From an uncultured Cryomorphaceae bacterium (lineage in GTDB: Bacteria; Bacteroidota; Bacteroidia; Flavobacteriales_D; Parvicellaceae), in NCBI GenBank assembly GCA_947311505.1, contig CAMZLL010000057.1, forward strand, positions 2,026 to 66,025: DNA of 64,000 nt. Reading direction: 5' to 3'. Positions 1 to 9,840 of this stretch are shown one piece after another. Below the pieces are notes generated by a model that saw only the letters and a program-made list of their open reading frames with translations, did no database searches and was not told where the DNA came from. Within the stretch, counting starts at the first letter, position 1. Every line of letters starts with the position of its first letter. The position numbers were made by a program, and so were the translations under genes.

Positions 1-1354
1 TAACATTGCTAACCGACCTTTGCGTGTACTGTAAACTTTGTTTTACCAATGTAGCTGGGTTGTTTTCATAATTATTTTCAGTAAGCATAGCCGCTTGAGA
101 TTGACCATTTTGTGTATGAAAAACATTAAAAGAAATTTTATTATTCTTATTGTATTTTATTGATTGCCCTAATAATGCAGACCAGATTACGTTTTGACTT
201 CCCGTAGCTCCTTTTGATATTCTATCTGGATAAAGCTCATTTTCTTTAGACTCAGAATCTTTTCTATATGAACCAAAAGTTACATCTTCATAAAAGCTAT
301 ATTGATTAGCGTAATTTACATAAAAATTATATCCGTATGCATAGTTTTTACCCTCGGGTTTTATTTGATTTCCGATGCCAAAAGAATAATTCTGGTTGGG
401 TAAGGCTTTAGCTTTGCTTACCGCCATTTGAGGGTCAAACTTTTTGGTTAAAGTGGTTAGCTCTTTGTCGTTAGTAGTAGGGTCTGGAAATTTCTTATTG
501 GCATTTACAGGCATTGCTCGACTGCCATCATCAAATCCGAATGCATCAAACCTACCTCTGTCATATAAGATAAAGTTGTTGTTCAAAGTCGTGGCAGAAT
601 TAAAACTTCCTCCGACACTAAAAGAAAGTGTTTTTTGACTCGGAAAATCTTTGGTTACGATATCAACTAATCCCCCAGTATAGTTACCTGGTAATTCAGG
701 AGAAAATGTTTTATAAACTGTAATATTGTCAATTAAATTTGTTGGAAAAACATCCATTTGAACCGTATTCTTATCTGGGTCTAACCCCGGAATGGACATT
801 CCGTTAAGAATGGTTTTGGTATAGCGATCGCCTAAGCCTCTTACATAAACCTCTTTTCCATCTATTACAGAAACACCCGTAATTCTTTTGATCACTTCAC
901 CAGCATCACTATCTCCTGTTTTTTTCATTTGTTCGTTTGATGTACCATCTACCATATTGGTATTGTTCATCTTGCTTCTGTCAAATGCCGCCATGGTTTT
1001 AGCTGCTTTTGATTGCCCTACTACTTTGAACTCAATCAACTCTTGCGAACTTTCTTCCATTTTGAAGGTTGCAATGATTGATTCTCCCGCAATAATGGTT
1101 ACTGGTTTTATTACTTTTTTATACGAAGTAAAAGAATATACAATTTCGTATGTGCCAGCTTCTAATTGTAATTTGTAATTGCCGTCAAAATCTGTTGAAG
1201 TTCCTTTGGTAACATCTGCTTTGGTATAGACGTTTACAAAGGGTAATGTTTCGCCAGTTTTGGCATCTGTTAACGTTCCTGATATGGAACCTTTTTGAGC
1301 AAACGATGTGCTCATTAGTACGATGAAAGTTGCTACACTTAAAATTAGTTTCAT
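1..1354 (-). CDS. TonB-dependent receptor, 5' part (runs off the window's left edge; not in ORF track)
   Basis: Manual translation from ATG 1354: signal peptide MKLILSVATFIVLMSTSFAQ, carboxypeptidase-like domain (GSISGTLTDAKTGETLPFVNV...STDFDGNY), plug motifs KRITGVSV...VYVRGLGDRY...FPTNLIDNITVYKT...GGLVDI. Confidence 0.92.
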   Translation of the reverse strand, partial: MKLILSVATFIVLMSTSFAQKGSISGTLTDAKTGETLPFVNVYTKADVTKGTSTDFDGNYKLQLEAGTYEIVYSFTSYKKVIKPVTIIAGESIIATFKMEESSQELIEFKVVGQSKAAKTMAAFDRSKMNNTNMVDGTSNEQMKKTGDSDAGEVIKRITGVSVIDGKEVYVRGLGDRYTKTILNGMSIPGLDPDKNTVQMDVFPTNLIDNITVYKTFSPELPGNYTGGLVDIVTKDFPSQKTLSFSVGGSFNSATTLNNNFILYDRGRFDAFGFDDGSRAMPVNANKKFPDPTTNDKELTTLTKKFDPQMAVSKAKALPNQNYSFGIGNQIKPEGKNYAYGYNFYVNYANQYSFYEDVTFGSYRKDSESKENELYPDRISKGATGSQNVIWSALLGQSIKYNKNNKISFNVFHTQNGQSQAAMLTENNYENNPATLVKQSLQYTQRSVSNV

Positions 1355-1373
1355 TTTGTTTTATTGTATAAAT

Positions 1374-1395
1374 AAGCCCCCTAAAAAGGGGGCTT
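1374..1395 (-). terminator. Intercistronic GC-rich stem-loop (weak terminator or mRNA-stabilising hairpin)
   Basis: AAGCCCCC-TAAAAA-GGGGGCTT perfect 8-bp stem between the lipoprotein stop and the TBDR start; poor U-tract on the minus strand. Confidence 0.6.
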
Positions 1396-1405
1396 TATTT
1401 GTGGT

Positions 1406-2767
1406 TTATAGTTTCCCTTTGATTGATGTCCATGTCCAACTAAATGCTGTCATGTTTGCGCCAATAGTAGCTATCGAGACCACTGAAGATCCGCTTGAAG
1501 CTAAAGTGGATTCGGCAATTGATTCTTGATTAGCGGTACAATTATCGCTAGAAGACAAGATAAAAGAAGTAGAATATACATCTACTACATTAGCTATAGA
1601 AGCAGCTGTTTCAAACTGGCAATTATTTAAGGTCAAAGTAGGACTTGAAGCAATTAGATGCGCATAGGCATCTGATTTTTCAGTACAATTCGTTGTGTCC
1701 GAAAAGGAACTTCTAAACTTGATAGCCTCACCTTGATACCCAATCCAAGCTACATTATTTAAAGTACCTTGAGCTTTTGATTTAAAATCAACACCTGTTC
1801 CTACGTTGTCAACCGTTCTTATAGTTCCATTATTCAATGTGAAAAGTCCTGTTGTATTTGTTATTCCCTCAGGACCATCAATTTCAAGACCTTCATCCGT
1901 ATTGATTCCGTGAACAACAGCAAAATTATTTATCGTACCAGCATAATTCATGTCTATATCGATTCCATCGTCACCTTGATAAGAAACGAGTAGGTTAGAT
2001 ACATCTACAGTCCCACCAAAAAACTCTATTCCGTCATCTAAATTAGCAACTATCTCTATGTTGCTTATTGTTGTTCCTGATCCAACACCACCTAGCGTCA
2101 ATCCATTGATTTCATTCCCTGCACCTATCAACGTACCCCCATGTCTTATGGATATGAATGATAAAGTACCTGAATTGTCAGTAGCATTAGTTCCTCCGAA
2201 AGCTCCATAAGATGAAGTAGCAGGAATGCCTTCTATTTGAGATTGTGTATCTCCATCTCCAGCAGAAATAGGCGCGTTACCTAAGATAATTAATCCTCCC
2301 CATTTTCCGTTATCTGTTTCGTCAAGGTTTGTACCTGAATTTTGACCGATTTCTATATTATCCAATACAGAAGTAAATATTATGGGATTAGCAGCAGTTC
2401 CTATAGCATTTAGTTTTCCTCCCTTTGCTATGATTAGTGCAGAAGCATTTGTTCCTGACCCTTCTTGTCCTTTTATAATAGTGCCAGCTGCTATGGTCAA
2501 AGTTGCTCCATTCATAACCACAACTTTTCCTTTCAATTCATATATTTTATCATTTGACCAAGTTGTATTACTTGTAATATTTCCTTGTACAATTTCATTG
2601 TTGTTGGTTTCTTCTGCATACTGGCAGCTACCATCATCTTTTTTTGCCTTTTCGCTATAGTTTGTAGCAGTAGAATCTGTACATCCTTTTTTCTTGCAAG
2701 AACTTACACTTAGTGTAGCAGCTACTATTGTAGCGATACCAATTTTTGAAATCATTGTAGTTTTCAT
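1406..2767 (-). CDS. Surface lipoprotein, beta-helix type, partner of the TBDR
   Basis: Lipobox LSVSSC followed by KKK; GCTD..ATNY...A.KDDGSC motif; WGGLIILG, EINGLTLGGVGSGT and DDGIEFFGG motifs. Confidence 0.85.
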   Translation of the reverse strand: MKTTMISKIGIATIVAATLSVSSCKKKGCTDSTATNYSEKAKKDDGSCQYAEETNNNEIVQGNITSNTTWSNDKIYELKGKVVVMNGATLTIAAGTIIKGQEGSGTNASALIIAKGGKLNAIGTAANPIIFTSVLDNIEIGQNSGTNLDETDNGKWGGLIILGNAPISAGDGDTQSQIEGIPATSSYGAFGGTNATDNSGTLSFISIRHGGTLIGAGNEINGLTLGGVGSGTTISNIEIVANLDDGIEFFGGTVDVSNLLVSYQGDDGIDIDMNYAGTINNFAVVHGINTDEGLEIDGPEGITNTTGLFTLNNGTIRTVDNVGTGVDFKSKAQGTLNNVAWIGYQGEAIKFRSSFSDTTNCTEKSDAYAHLIASSPTLTLNNCQFETAASIANVVDVYSTSFILSSSDNCTANQESIAESTLASSGSSVVSIATIGANMTAFSWTWTSIKGKL

Positions 2768-2806
2768 TTCCTAGTTTTATTTATTAACTCGATGCAAAAG
2801 TCAACT

Positions 2807-2872
2807 CTTAATGTTAATCGATTGTAGCGACCATTTTAGGTTTGTATTATTTCTACCTTAAGTTTATGTTAA
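2807..2872 (-). promoter_or_regulatory. 11-bp-phased direct repeats (putative PhoP/PhoB-type boxes)
   Basis: Minus strand TTAACATAAAC TTAAGGTAGAA ATAATACAAAC CTAAAATGGTC GCTACAATCGA TTAACATTAAG; the two TTAACAT copies are exactly 55 bp apart. Confidence 0.5.
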
Positions 2873-2964
2873 GGGATTCAAGTTTTGAAAAATATCCAAT
2901 TCGTAAATGATTTGGTTTGAGTGTATTTGAAGAAAAACCTTTTTTTTATTTACCTTCACACCTT

Positions 2965-3734
2965 ATGAAGGCAACAATTCATCATACGACTGGAGATTTT
3001 GAGATTGATTTCTCCAAACCTATTGATATTTCTATACCAACCGAGGCAAGCCTACCTTCTAGCAGAGCTTGGTATGTAGATCCTATTGAAATTGAAATAG
3101 TACGAACCGAACAGTTTGTAGGCAGTGTTGCTGAAGGGGGAACTACCAACTTTAGAAACATTAGTTTCAATCCACACGGCAATACCACACATACCGAATG
3201 TGTAGGTCACATTGCAGAGGAGGTTTATTCCATCAATGAACATCTTACTAATTTCTTCTTCAGAGCACAACTGATTACTATCACTCCTGAGCAGTTTAAC
3301 GGTTTGGAAACAGATTGGCAAAAAAAGGAGATTTTCAAATTACACTTTCGCAGATTAAAGAACTTGTTACCGAGCAAGTGGATGCTTTGATTATAAGAAC
3401 AACTCCAAATAATCTAGACAAAAAATCAAAGAACTGGAGCGGAAGTAATTGGGCTTACGTGTGTGAAGATGCTATGGAATATTTAGCAAACCTAGGGGTT
3501 AAACATTTCTTAATAGATCTGCCTTCTGTGGATAAAGAATTTGATGGAGGACACTTACTGGCGCATCATGCCTTTTGGATGCATCCTCAACGTACTAGAT
3601 TTGATGCTACTATAACAGAACTGATTTATGTTGCCGAAGAAATAAGCGATGGCAACTATTTCTTAAATCTTCAACCTGCTAGTTTTGTGAATGATGCCTC
3701 TCCTTGCAAGCCTGTTATTTATGAGGTTTTATAA
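2965..3734 (+). CDS. kynB: Cyclase family / kynurenine formamidase-like protein, split by a -1 frameshift at 3321-3327 (256 aa if joined)
   Basis: Frame 1 has PIDISIP, NPHGNTTHTECVGH. The -1 frame has ALIIRT, LIDLPSVDKE.DGG.LLAHHAFW, ITELIY, DASPCKP. The frames join at TGG CAA AAA AAG. Confidence 0.75.
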
Positions 3735-3768
3735 ACGTATTGATTTTATTTATATGTGTATTTAAAAA

Positions 3769-3815
3769 TTATTTAGAATGATTTTAATCATATTTCAAAT
3801 CAAACCGTAACTTTG
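3769..3815 (+). promoter_or_regulatory. sod promoter: -7 box TAACTTTG (3808-3815) and upstream imperfect palindrome TTTAGAATGATTTTAAT
   Basis: Exact match to the Bacteroidota TAnnTTTG box; AT-rich dyad resembling Fur/PerR-type operators. Confidence 0.55.
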
Positions 3816-3854
3816 CAATAATTAAACTTAAATACAAATTAAAAATATAATATT

Positions 3855-4463
3855 ATGGCTTTTGAATTACCAAAATTACCGTATGCATTTGATGCATTGG
3901 AACCACACATAGATGCAAGAACAATGGAGATCCATCATGGAAAACATCACAATGGATACACTACAAAACTAAATGCTGCAATTGAAGGAACTGAATTAGC
4001 AGGAAAATCTATAGAAGATATTCTTGAAAACCTTGATATGAGTAATGGTGCTGTCAGAAATAACGGTGGAGGGTTTTACAATCACAGTTTATTTTGGGAA
4101 GTAATGTCTCCAAATGGAGGAGGAGAGCCGACTGGAGAAGTTGCAGATGCAATAAATGCTGCTTTTGGTTCTTTTGAAGAATTTAAAAATGCGTTTTCTT
4201 CAGCTGCAGGAACTCGTTTTGGTTCTGGTTGGGCTTGGCTTTGTGTTCACAAAGGTGGAAAAGTAGAAGTTTGTTCTACTCCGAACCAAGATAATCCATT
4301 GATGGGAGGTGTTGGTTGTAGTGGTTTCCCTATCTTAGGTTTAGATGTTTGGGAGCACGCTTATTACTTAAACTATCAAAATAGAAGGCCAGATTATATC
4401 AATGCATTTTTTAATGTAATTAATTGGGATAAAGTGACTGAATTATATGCAGCTAATAAATAG
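3855..4463 (+). CDS. sodA: Fe/Mn superoxide dismutase (Mn-type signature)
   Basis: [50 protein letters not shown]. Confidence 0.95.
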   Translation: MAFELPKLPYAFDALEPHIDARTMEIHHGKHHNGYTTKLNAAIEGTELAGKSIEDILENLDMSNGAVRNNGGGFYNHSLFWEVMSPNGGGEPTGEVADAINAAFGSFEEFKNAFSSAAGTRFGSGWAWLCVHKGGKVEVCSTPNQDNPLMGGVGCSGFPILGLDVWEHAYYLNYQNRRPDYINAFFNVINWDKVTELYAANK

Positions 4464-4488
4464 TCCTAACTTATTTTAGAGATTTCCT

Positions 4489-4522
4489 AAAGCCAATTCT
4501 TTAATTAGAATTGGCTTTTTTT
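4489..4522 (+). terminator. Intrinsic terminator after sod
   Basis: AAGCCAATTCT-TTAATT-AGAATTGGCTT followed by a T-run. Confidence 0.9.
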
Positions 4523-4655
4523 ACAAAATAAAAATTGATTTTTAACAAATTAATTTTGAAATGTGCTTTAAAAAAATAAATTATTTTTCTAAATATGCCC
4601 CCTATCTATAATTTTTATATCTAAATTTAGAGGGTTAAACCTTAAACTGATACTT

Positions 4656-6710
4656 TTGAATTTACGATCCCTGATATTATTTTTTGTACTTTTACTTACT
4701 GATTCTACATTGCTATTTGCTGAAGTCCATCTTTTTGCTAAAAAAGGAGAGGTACGGCTAGAGAGGAAAGATGTAGAAAATGGTCCAATAAAATTATCAG
4801 GTGAATGGGAGTTCTACTGGAGTGAACTAATCAATCCAGAAGAATTCACTCTTAAAAATGGGGCAAAATCTTTCGGGGATGTTCCGAAATTTTGGAAGTA
4901 TTACCCTGAAGGGTACGAGAAGAAAGGTTATGGAACTTATCGTCTTTTATTTTGTGTAGATACCGCTATTCAGAAAGAAAAAACTTCCCTTTATCTAAGT
5001 AATATTCAAAACTCTTATATTGTCTGGTTTAACGGAAAAATGGTAGGCAAAGCCGGTAAAGTAGGTGTTGATTTTAATACCTCTGTACCCTTTTGGATAC
5101 CTAAAGCAATTCCTTTAGAAGTTTTACTAGATACCAATGAGATTGTAATTCAAGTCAGTAATTTCAGACATAGAAACGGAGGAATTCAAGATCCTGTTTT
5201 ATTTGGCTATTCTGAAGAAATTAATACAATGTGGAGAAAGAATCTAACTAGCGACTTGTTTTTAGCGGGAAGTTGCTTTATATTAGGTTTTCTCTTTATC
5301 GGAATGTTTTTCTTTTGGAAAGATGATCGAGCAGCCCTTTATTTTGGCTTTTTTTCAATCAGTTTCGGAATTAGAATAATAGTTACCGGTGCTAGGAGCC
5401 TTATGTATGTTTTTCCAGATTTAAACTGGAATTTAACTGTGCGAATAGAGTATATATCAATGTTTGCAATGCACTTTTTTTTGTTTCATTTTATTCATTG
5501 TGCTTTTCCAAAACAAACGAGTAGGTATTACCTTAATTTTCTTAAAATATACACTTCAATTGTTATATTAATTTGTCTTATTCCAGGAGATTTTTTCACT
5601 TATACAACGCTGGTCAATAATTTTGTATTACTTTCTACCCTTTTATATTCTCCTTACATTTTTTATAAAGCCTTAAAAAATAGAGAATCGGGGACAGTTT
5701 GGGCGGTCTTAGCGTTGTTTGTTTTCTTTTTCACTACCCTACCCCAAATATTAGAATATTCAAATTTCTTCACAGCGGATCCTATTCTGATGAGTATGAG
5801 CTATATTGTTTTTATGTTGTCGATGTCCTTAATTTTTGCATCAAGATTTGGTACAGCTTTCCGTGTGTTGGAATTGTTAAAAAATGAAGCCATACATAAT
5901 AACATCGCAATAAATAAGCAAAAAGAAGAGCTAGTGAAGCAAAATAGGCTAATTAATGATAGTATAAATTACGCTAAACGAATACAAGAGTCGCTACTAC
6001 CTTCCGAACAAACGATTAATCATATTTTTGATAATTCATTTCTGTTTTTTCAACCGCAAAGTGCTGTAAGTGGTGATTTTTATTGGTATCACACTACCTG
6101 TCTGAAGGATGAACATTATTTTGCTGTGGCTGATTGTACTGGACATGGTGTGCCTGGAGCTTTTATTAGTTTAATTGCTATTAATAGTTTGGATCACATT
6201 ATATCTTTAGATGACACTCTTTTTCCAGCTGAAATTTTAAATAAGTTAAATACCGTTATTTATGATCGTTTAGGCGAAGATGACGGAGGGTTTATGGCAA
6301 AAGATGGCTTAGACATATGCTTGTTTAAGGTTAATATTGTGGATCGAGAAATGGTTTTTGCAGCTGCACACCATAAGTTGTTTGTAGTCAAAAATAATGG
6401 TTCAACAGTCGTGTATAAAGGAGATAATAAAAACATAGGTTCTTTGTTTAATGAGGGGTTCCATTTTACCGAAAGAAGGGTTCAGTTTGAAAAAGGAGAT
6501 CAAGTGTTCTTATTTTCTGATGGTATCTATGACCAAAAAGGAGGAGAGAAAGGAAAGAAACTCTATTTAAAAAGGCTAACAGAATTTTTGAAAAAAAATT
6601 CACATTTACCTTTAAATGAGCAGAAAGACGCGCTATCTATTTTCATCAACCATTGGATGGAAGATGTAGCACAAATGGACGACATGCTTGTATTTTCGTT
6701 AAAATTTTAA
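4656..6710 (+). CDS. 7TM-DISM sensor fused to a SpoIIE/PP2C phosphatase
   Basis: L.GEWEFYW..L and GYGTYRL extracellular domain, about 7 TM helices, coiled coil, YAKRIQ, VSGDFYW, VADCTGHGVPGA, FSDG..DQ.GG, QMDD. Confidence 0.9.
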   Translation: MNLRSLILFFVLLLTDSTLLFAEVHLFAKKGEVRLERKDVENGPIKLSGEWEFYWSELINPEEFTLKNGAKSFGDVPKFWKYYPEGYEKKGYGTYRLLFCVDTAIQKEKTSLYLSNIQNSYIVWFNGKMVGKAGKVGVDFNTSVPFWIPKAIPLEVLLDTNEIVIQVSNFRHRNGGIQDPVLFGYSEEINTMWRKNLTSDLFLAGSCFILGFLFIGMFFFWKDDRAALYFGFFSISFGIRIIVTGARSLMYVFPDLNWNLTVRIEYISMFAMHFFLFHFIHCAFPKQTSRYYLNFLKIYTSIVILICLIPGDFFTYTTLVNNFVLLSTLLYSPYIFYKALKNRESGTVWAVLALFVFFFTTLPQILEYSNFFTADPILMSMSYIVFMLSMSLIFASRFGTAFRVLELLKNEAIHNNIAINKQKEELVKQNRLINDSINYAKRIQESLLPSEQTINHIFDNSFLFFQPQSAVSGDFYWYHTTCLKDEHYFAVADCTGHGVPGAFISLIAINSLDHIISLDDTLFPAEILNKLNTVIYDRLGEDDGGFMAKDGLDICLFKVNIVDREMVFAAAHHKLFVVKNNGSTVVYKGDNKNIGSLFNEGFHFTERRVQFEKGDQVFLFSDGIYDQKGGEKGKKLYLKRLTEFLKKNSHLPLNEQKDALSIFINHWMEDVAQMDDMLVFSLKF

Positions 6711-6733
6711 AGACTATATAATTGCAATTAAAG

Positions 6734-7822
6734 TTAGGAATTCATAACTTTAGTTTGATTCTGAATAGATTCTTCGTGAATGATTTTTAAAAACTTACTG
6801 ATAAATCTATCAGAAAGACCCATTGCATTAGCGAGTTGTTTTCTTTGTTTTACAATTTCATTCCATCTATTAACCTGAAGAATGGTAACGTCATTGTTTT
6901 TTTTGTAGCTCCCAATTTCAATTGCAATCTTCATTCTATTGGCAAGTTTCTGAATTATTTCTTCATCTAAATCATCTATTCTATCTCTAAGCTCACTCAG
7001 GTGGTCAATGAAGTTTTTGTCTTCGGTGCTGATGTTTCTTACGATTAAATCATTGATAATTTCCTTTAAAGCTAGCGGAGTTACTTGTTGTTTAGCATCA
7101 CTCCAGGCAGCATCCGGTGTTGGGTGGCTTTCTATCATTAGTCCATCAAAGTCTAAATCCAATGCCTTTTGAGAAATCATACCAATCAAATCTCGGTTTC
7201 CGCCTATATGACTAGGGTCGCAAATTATAGGTAGGTCAGGAAACATTCTTTTTAGTTCTATCGGGAAATTCCATTGAGGTATGTTTCGGTAAACCGTTTT
7301 TTCGAAACTAGAAAACCCCCTGTGAATAGCCCCTAATTTAGTTATGCCCGCCTGATTGATACGCTCCATGGCACCTATCCAAAGTTGTAAGTCTGGATTT
7401 AACGGATTTTTAACCATTACAGGAATGTCCACGCCTTTTATAGCGTCAGCAATTTCCTGCACAGAAAAAGGGTTGACCGTAGTTCTAGCTCCAATCCACA
7501 ACATATCTATGCCAGCTTTTAGTGCGGCTTCTACATGTGCCGCATTTGCCACTTCAGTAGTGACAGGAATATTTGTTTCTTTGCCAGCGTTCACTAACCA
7601 AGGTAGCGCTTCTATTCCTACTCCTTCAAATGCATTGGGACGTGTTCGAGGCTTCCATATACCAGCTCGAAGATAGTCAACCTTTCCTAATTTAGCCAAT
7701 TTCAGTGCCGTATTCATAACCTGATCTTCTGTTTCTGCACTACAAGGTCCGCTTATTATTATGGGACGTTTGTGTTTTAGTAGCCAGTCTGCTTTGGGGG
7801 TTATATTGAGTTGTTTATCCAT
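6734..7822 (-). CDS. Bifunctional DAHP synthase (class I-beta) / chorismate mutase
   Basis: GPCSAE, RAGIWKPRTRP, WIGARTT, CDPSH, GLMIESH; C-terminal AroQ-type LR.RID.LD...R domain. Confidence 0.93.
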   Translation of the reverse strand: MDKQLNITPKADWLLKHKRPIIISGPCSAETEDQVMNTALKLAKLGKVDYLRAGIWKPRTRPNAFEGVGIEALPWLVNAGKETNIPVTTEVANAAHVEAALKAGIDMLWIGARTTVNPFSVQEIADAIKGVDIPVMVKNPLNPDLQLWIGAMERINQAGITKLGAIHRGFSSFEKTVYRNIPQWNFPIELKRMFPDLPIICDPSHIGGNRDLIGMISQKALDLDFDGLMIESHPTPDAAWSDAKQQVTPLALKEIINDLIVRNISTEDKNFIDHLSELRDRIDDLDEEIIQKLANRMKIAIEIGSYKKNNDVTILQVNRWNEIVKQRKQLANAMGLSDRFISKFLKIIHEESIQNQTKVMNS

Positions 7823-8675
7823 TTTGTATATCTCCTTTAAGTATTCGTCTTATTTCGTTTGCATTTGCCATCAGTTGGTAAATGTCTGCTGTTTTTTTAT
7901 GTTTCAAAAAAGTTTTAAAATCTTGTAATTGATCTATGTATTGTTCTAGTGCTGGAATAAGATATTCGGAATTGTGTTCTAAAATTGGGGTCCACATTTC
8001 TGGCGAACTTTTGGCTAAGCGCACCGTAGAGCTAAACCCCGATCCTGCCATATCAAAAATAGTTTTTTCGTTTTTTTCCATATCCAAAACCGTAAGTCCT
8101 AGTGCAAAAGAGGATATATGAGAGAGGTGTGAAACATATGCCATGTGTCTATCATGATCTTCTGCATCCATTAATCGAATATTTGCTACCAACTTAATGT
8201 AGAGGTTTTTGACCAAATCAAAAGATGCTTTGCTGGATTTTTCTTGCTCGCATAAAATGACGGTTTTGTTGTTAAACAAATGGTCAACAGCAGCACTAGG
8301 GCCTGCGTTTTCTGTTCCTGCAATCGGGTGACCCGCCACAAACATTTGTCTTTTTGGATGGTTTTCTATTCGTTTGCAAATCCCAGATTTGGTAGAGCCT
8401 ACATCTGTAATTGTTGCAATTCCACTTTCTTGATTGAGTAGATCTACAACTACATTTCTTGCTACATCTACCGGTATGGCTACAATGATTAGATCTACGG
8501 TGGCATTCATATTGGCAATGGTTTCAGCATTATCTATTAACCCTAGAGAAAGTGCTTCGTTAATGTGTTGCTTGTTTTTATCATACCCCACAATAGTAGA
8601 TGCAAATCCAGATGTGCGAGCATCTTTTGCGATACTACCTCCTATTAAGCCCAGTCCGATTATTCCTAATTTCAT
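7815..8675 (-). CDS. tyrA: Prephenate dehydrogenase
   Basis: GLGLIGGS, DVGSTK, HPIAGTE, HDRHMAYVSHL, GFSSTVRLAKS. Confidence 0.93.
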   Translation of the reverse strand: MKLGIIGLGLIGGSIAKDARTSGFASTIVGYDKNKQHINEALSLGLIDNAETIANMNATVDLIIVAIPVDVARNVVVDLLNQESGIATITDVGSTKSGICKRIENHPKRQMFVAGHPIAGTENAGPSAAVDHLFNNKTVILCEQEKSSKASFDLVKNLYIKLVANIRLMDAEDHDRHMAYVSHLSHISSFALGLTVLDMEKNEKTIFDMAGSGFSSTVRLAKSSPEMWTPILEHNSEYLIPALEQYIDQLQDFKTFLKHKKTADIYQLMANANEIRRILKGDIQNG

Positions 8676-9838
8676 TTGTTATCTAAATAATTTTTTATTC
8701 TATCTATAGCCAAGACAAAGGTCTCTTTTTTTGTGCAAAGAGAGATGCGTAAATACCGGTTACCTTCCGAACCAAATATTTTTCCAGGTGTAATAAATAC
8801 ACCAGCTTTTTGGATTAAATCATCTACTAATAGTTCAACATCTGAGATGTGGTTAGGTATTTTTGCCCAAACAAACATACCTACTTGTGGAGGTGAATAG
8901 TTGCACTTTAAAAGATCAAATATCCTGTTTGCATATTTTTTTCGAGCTTTATAGATTGTGTTGTTTTGATCAAACCAGTCTTGTTCTAATGAAAGTGCTG
9001 CAATGGCTGCCTTTTGGATAGGGAGAAATTTCCCCGAATCCATGTTGCTTTTTATTTTAAGAATCGTTTGTAAGTATTTACTATACCCAGAGACCCATCC
9101 AACCCTCCATCCTGCCATGTTATGAGATTTACTAAGTGAATTCAATTCTAAAGCTACTTCTTTTGCTCCTTCAATTTGAAAAATGCTAAACGGGTTTTGA
9201 CTAAGAATCTGGCTATATGGGTTGTCATTTATTATTAAAAAACGGTGCTGTTTAGCCAAATCAATCAGTTCTTTTATTTTTGTTTTATCGGCAGTTGTCC
9301 CAGTAGGCATATTTGGAAAGTTTAACCACATAAGTTTTACACCATCAAGGTTGAATCGCTTGATTTCTTCCAGGTCTAATTGAAATCCATTGCTTTCTTT
9401 AAGGTGATAATATTGGATGTTTGCACCAATCAAGTTAGATACAGTACCATAGGTTGCGTAACCAGGATTGGGAATGAGAACTATATCTTTTGGATTAACA
9501 AACGCTTGTGTAATATGGGTAATACCTTCTTTAGATCCGATAAGAGGTAAAACTTCATTCGCATTCAAATCTGTATTGTAATATTTGAAGGAGTACTTAC
9601 ATATCGCATTTCGTAATTCATCTATTCCATTATAAGGCTGATATCCGTGTGAGTCTATCCGATTAGCTACCGCATTTAACTTTTCTATTACAGTTTTATG
9701 AGGTGCTCGATCTGGATTTCCAATTCCTAGATTTATAATATCTTTTCCCGCTGCATTGAGTTGCTTTATTTCTCTAAGTTTTTTAGAAAAATAATACTCC
9801 TGTACGGAATCTAATCTATTTGCCTGAGGGATAATCAT
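8672..9838 (-). CDS. PLP-dependent class I/II aminotransferase (likely aromatic/prephenate aminotransferase)
   Basis: INLGIGNPD, GSKEG, NFPNMPTG, SLSKSHNMAGWRVG, YLRIS; operon context. Confidence 0.88.
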   Translation of the reverse strand: MIIPQANRLDSVQEYYFSKKLREIKQLNAAGKDIINLGIGNPDRAPHKTVIEKLNAVANRIDSHGYQPYNGIDELRNAICKYSFKYYNTDLNANEVLPLIGSKEGITHITQAFVNPKDIVLIPNPGYATYGTVSNLIGANIQYYHLKESNGFQLDLEEIKRFNLDGVKLMWLNFPNMPTGTTADKTKIKELIDLAKQHRFLIINDNPYSQILSQNPFSIFQIEGAKEVALELNSLSKSHNMAGWRVGWVSGYSKYLQTILKIKSNMDSGKFLPIQKAAIAALSLEQDWFDQNNTIYKARKKYANRIFDLLKCNYSPPQVGMFVWAKIPNHISDVELLVDDLIQKAGVFITPGKIFGSEGNRYLRISLCTKKETFVLAIDRIKNYLDNK

Positions 9839-9840
9839 AT

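Noticed and set aside
444-1529. Plus-strand ORFs 444-638, 888-1178 and 1308-1529, and the many similar short antisense ORFs across the window
   Set aside because: They are shadows of well-supported genes on the opposite strand and have no motifs of their own
3362-3379. Hairpin ACTTGTT-ACCG-AGCAAGT as a frameshift stimulator
   Set aside because: It lies about 35 nt past the slippery site, too far for the usual 5-9 nt spacing, and is weak
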